A stretch of 64,000 bases of DNA from Magallana gigas. Lineage: Eukaryota. A program made the translations under genes and the position numbers. Below, piece after piece: positions 59,988 to 64,000 of this stretch. The first letter of the stretch is position 1. Every line of letters starts with the position of its first letter. The notes beneath the pieces are model-generated. The model ran no database searches. It worked only from the letters and a program-made list of their open reading frames with translations, and was not told the origin of the DNA. The stretch covers positions 44,702,001 through 44,766,000 of the forward strand of contig NC_088861.1 in assembly GCF_963853765.1 (NCBI RefSeq). The letters run 5' to 3'.

Positions 59988-61789
59988 GTGCCAAATAAGA
60001 TATATAAAAAGAAAAGTCTATATAAGAAAATCTCATTGTATATATAAAAACACACACATATATATAAGATAAACTCGAATATATAAAAATAAGCAGCTTT
60101 ATATATAAAGGAAATGCCAATATATATAAAGAATTGTGTATATATATAAAGCTAGGTCGTGTATATTTAAACAGTACTGTAATATAAAAACAAAACAGTG
60201 ATAAATATATAAAGCGAAAATTTACCACTGAGTGACCTTCACTGAGTTCAGTCCAGCGTCTGCATGATACACCCCGCCTACGGAGGAGAGGATCGGAAAT
60301 ATTATGCTCCCAGTGATTAGTTTGAACGATCTAATAAATGTTACATTACATGATAACACAGGGATTTGGGAAAAGTCAGTGGCGGATTTAAAGGGAGGGC
60401 ATCCAGCACCCCTACATAAATTTTCAAATTTAAGATCTTTTTCTGTCAAGTTTTCTTTTCTGTTTCTTGTGTTAACTGTTGTAAATAAACGATGATATAT
60501 TTTGTCAATACTTTACCTGCTTTCAAGGTTTTACATTAAATAATACTTTCTACCTAATTTGCAAAACAGTTGTCTAGAACATTAATTTTACTTCATTTCA
60601 CTTCAATGAACATGAACATTTTATTTTCTATATCATTTTACAAATAATTAAGTAAGGAATAATCATTTCTTTGACAAAATGGCTCGAGGCAAACACAATA
60701 TAAACTAATTTAATGTTAATAAATTTATAACATTATCAACAGAAGAACCAACATTTGATGGAAACTGACCAATAAAACAAGTATGTAAACTATATTACAA
60801 GACTTGAGCTTTGAACAATTTAAAATCTTTATCTTGCTTGTAACTCAGTTTTTTAATTTCAAAATTTAACTTAGCATTAAAAATACCCATATTAACCATT
60901 CTAAACACAGCAATAATGAGATTAACATGCCCCCCCCCCCCCCCTCACGCAAATAAAACCCAGCCTCAAGGAGTTTGTATTAAGCATTGATACAGGGGCG
61001 TCGGAAGGTATTTCATATTGGGTCGGCGAATTTGATCGATAAAGGGGGGGGGGGGGGGGAGGTAAACCGTTGGGACGGCGAATTTGATCGATAAAGGGAG
61101 GGGGGGGGGGTAAACAGGATTTGGCTTAAAATGAAGATATTTTACGATGTATCCAGTTATCCTTAACTTAATAAATTATATTGTCACTTATTTGATAGCA
61201 TTATAAGAAACAAAGCAAAATTGTACTAAATATTAGTTTATTTAGTTTGACGGCATGAAATGTGTATCAAGATAACGCAACTCACATTTATATTAGAGAA
61301 GTTAATATGTATATATGAGCAACAATTTTGATTCAACTAATCAGTCTCTGTTGCACATCAAAAACGTCCAAAAATGGATATCCATGAATCCCGCGTTGAC
61401 ACTAATTTGTTTCTTCATTTTCTAACAACTTCTCAAAAACATTCTTTGAAATTAAGTAGACCAGTCGGTTAGCTGTTGAATCTTAAACTGCCTGCCACGG
61501 GANNNNNNNNNNNNNNNNNNNNNNNNNNNNNNNNNNNNNNNNNNNNNNNNNNNNNNNNNNNNNNNNNNNNNNNNNNNNNNNNNNNNNNNNNNNNNNNNNN
61601 NNNNNNNNNNNNNNNNNNNNNNNNNNNNNNNNNNNNNNNNNNNNNNNNNNNNNCAATTCCTTTATATATAAAGCTGCTTATTTTTATAAATTTGAGTTTA
61701 TCTTATATATATATGTATGTTTTGTTTTTTTTTATATACAATGAGTTTTTCTTATATACACTTTTCTTTTTATATATCTTATGTGGCAC
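59988..61789. mobile_element. Element bounded by long AT-rich inverted repeats, with an internal gap
   Basis: 59988-60118 is the reverse complement of about 61655-61789 (GTGCCA.ATAAGATATATAAAAAGAAAAG...GCAGCTTTATATATAAAGGAA). No clear TSD. Confidence 0.5.
61503..61653. other. Assembly gap
   Basis: Run of N. Confidence 1.
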
Positions 61790-62424
61790 ATTATATGAAA
61801 TTGATCGTAATGCAGGTACATGTGTTACTTTCAATACTAGTGTAGAATCATAAAAGATGTCTTTGAAATAGTTACTATCAAGCTACACCCGTACAATGTC
61901 AAATAATGATGATCTATATCTAAAAATAACTTTTCAGCTAAAAAGCAGTACATTTTGTGGGAATTTTTATTGTCGTCAAAGCAATTCATAACTACTTATA
62001 AGTTATCCTATTTTTTGCTTAAACAGGTCAAGATACAAAACACAGTGCTTATGTACGAGGAGAATTCTCTAGGCAAGGGGTGTTTGTCCATGAACAGTGG
62101 TAACACAGAACTGTAACAAGACGAAATGTGTAAAATAAAGTATGCACATGTATTTAAAAATCAAAATGATAACCAAATAATATATGACACAGCATAAGAA
62201 AAATTAATACCATAACGCATCATCGTACTTTGGATGCGGTATTTATAATTAGAACTTAACAACATTTGAATTCAATATTAAACGCTTTTAACTAGTGACC
62301 TGGTTTTTGAGAAAAGCCAAAATAGAATCTAATATCAATGAGTGAGTTTTCGAGGCACGTGAAGACACTAGTTGTTTGGATGAACATTACAAAGTCATTT
62401 AGAATCATGTAAGTATCTACCTAA

Positions 62425-62582
62425 AGGGGCATGGTCACGATTTTGGTCGAAAATTATTTTTCCAATTTTCATTTTACAATGCTTCAGTAAGGCATTTTTA
62501 ATATGCAATGAAAATTTGAATGTCATTTGTTGAGTTATAAGCGAGTTACAGAGCTTACAATTCTACGCTATGTAAACAAAGG
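62425..62582. mobile_element. Kolobok-like element fragment related to 3834-4282
   Basis: AGGGGCATGGTCACGATTTTGG...GAGTTATAAGCGAGTTACAGAGCTTACAATT...TATGTAAACAAAG. Confidence 0.6.
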
Positions 62583-62826
62583 TTTAGTTTCACACAGGAT
62601 ATTGAAAGTCCGCGCCTACTTCATGTATTTTATTGTGAAAATAGTTCTCGTGTCCCAAGCACTTAGTAAAACCAGTTCAAGGTCGACTGCGTCTACAACC
62701 ATGTCAGCCTCTTTAAAATTAATAAAAAAAATTCGAATATAATTTGAAATCAAAATAAAGCTTTTCTAACCTCTAGATTTTTATCATATTGATGCAGTTT
62801 GACTATATATGTTTTAACATTGTATG

Positions 62827-63038
62827 ATACTGAATGTCTTAATTTCAAAGAAAACTTTACTGCTTTTATATTGGAATGATGTGAATACTATGGCGAACCG
62901 TACGCGCATAATTTACGCGCATGTAACAATTCGTTGTGTTACCCGTTGCCAAGTGTGTTGCTAATGCTGAGGGTAATAGAATGGATTATCAACTGCGACT
63001 TAACCAATCAGATATTAGTATATAACATGAAAGTATAA
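62827..63038 (+). mobile_element. Partial second copy of the 21244-21620 element, without the hairpin
   Basis: High similarity to about 21393-21620 (GCGAACCGTACGCGCATAATTT.CGCGCATGTAAC...TTAACCAATCAGAT). Confidence 0.8.
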
Positions 63039-64000
63039 TAATGTTTGTTATTTTCATTCAGTTATATTTAAGGTGATAATATGTAATGGATATATGCAGT
63101 TCTGTATGAAAAAATATCTGGGAGTTTCGAGGCCATTGAATTTCATTGTTGACTTACTTTGGGCAGTCCGATTTGGAAGGAAATAGGTACTGTAATCAAT
63201 AGTAATGGTCTGAAATTAAGAAGTTCACTAATATCGGAATTTCACGGGTAAAATAAGGAACACTTGTTGTCTTTGGTGACTATTACTGTAAACTGGCTTG
63301 AGTGTATTTTTTTTTAGGAGACAATTTAATTCAGTAGGAAATTCTGCGGGACTAAATGTATGCAATGCAGAAGTCTTTGATAAAAAACTGATCCATCATT
63401 ATGAAATTTAAGTGTTTTTCCCCAAGATAATTAATCAAAGGACTTTAAATTACGTGGGCACTCTTAGTATGGTTACATTGATTATCAAAAAAAAAAAAAA
63501 AAATACACGAGTTTACATTTTAAAATATGATTAATCTGTTTTCTCCAAATGGCATCGGAGTTGGAATTTTAAGTTTTACAATCTAAAAATTTAATGTCAA
63601 TATTTTGTTACAAATACAACAAATTAAAAAAAAATATTACCCCTTAAACTTCATGATACAATAATTATACTTTAAAAGCAATAAAGACTAGTACAACAAA
63701 ACAGAAATATCAAACAGTATAAAACTCAGTGTGCTTGGATTATCGTTTTTTTACTTTATTTATTGGATTTTTCCCCCCGGAAAATGAAACTTAAATAGCG
63801 AGTAGTGTTAGTAATCTTTACACACTCTCTTTTTTGGGGCATTCAGTGTTTGTAGAAAATAACCAAATAAAATCTCTTTTAAATAATTTGAGAAGTAAAT
63901 ATATATAAACAAATTAAAATAACTTTAGGTGTTTTTTTGTTATAAATTACATATGTATAAACATAAATCAGAACATAAGAAAAAGGGCATCTCATTTCCA

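Overview
AT-rich, intron-containing eukaryotic DNA from a gapped scaffold (N gaps at 49908-50048 and 61503-61653). The gene structures and repeat types suggest a bivalve such as an oyster (inference). I reconstructed four protein-coding genes by hand from GT-AG sites and reading-frame phases. (1) A 4-exon, 396-aa TIR / coiled-coil / Death-domain gene on the minus strand (1115-3088), i.e. reverse MyD88 order, with a kappaB site at its putative promoter. (2) FAM76, 9 coding exons, minus strand (16880-24260). (3) CEP57, plus strand (24622-42886), head-to-head with FAM76 as in human, with a possible second first exon. (4) A single-coding-exon, secreted 427-aa rapunzel/SE-cephalotoxin-like protein (54718-56001). 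There is also an orphan spliced unit with one in-frame TAG (about 45780-48253). The rest is dense in repeats: a 31-bp satellite with an internal inversion carrying nested CACTA-like, LINE and MITE insertions; hAT-, Kolobok- and Helitron-type elements; a family of large-hairpin elements; and tandem repeats seeded on splice sites. Homology calls come from my recall of family motifs, not from database searches.
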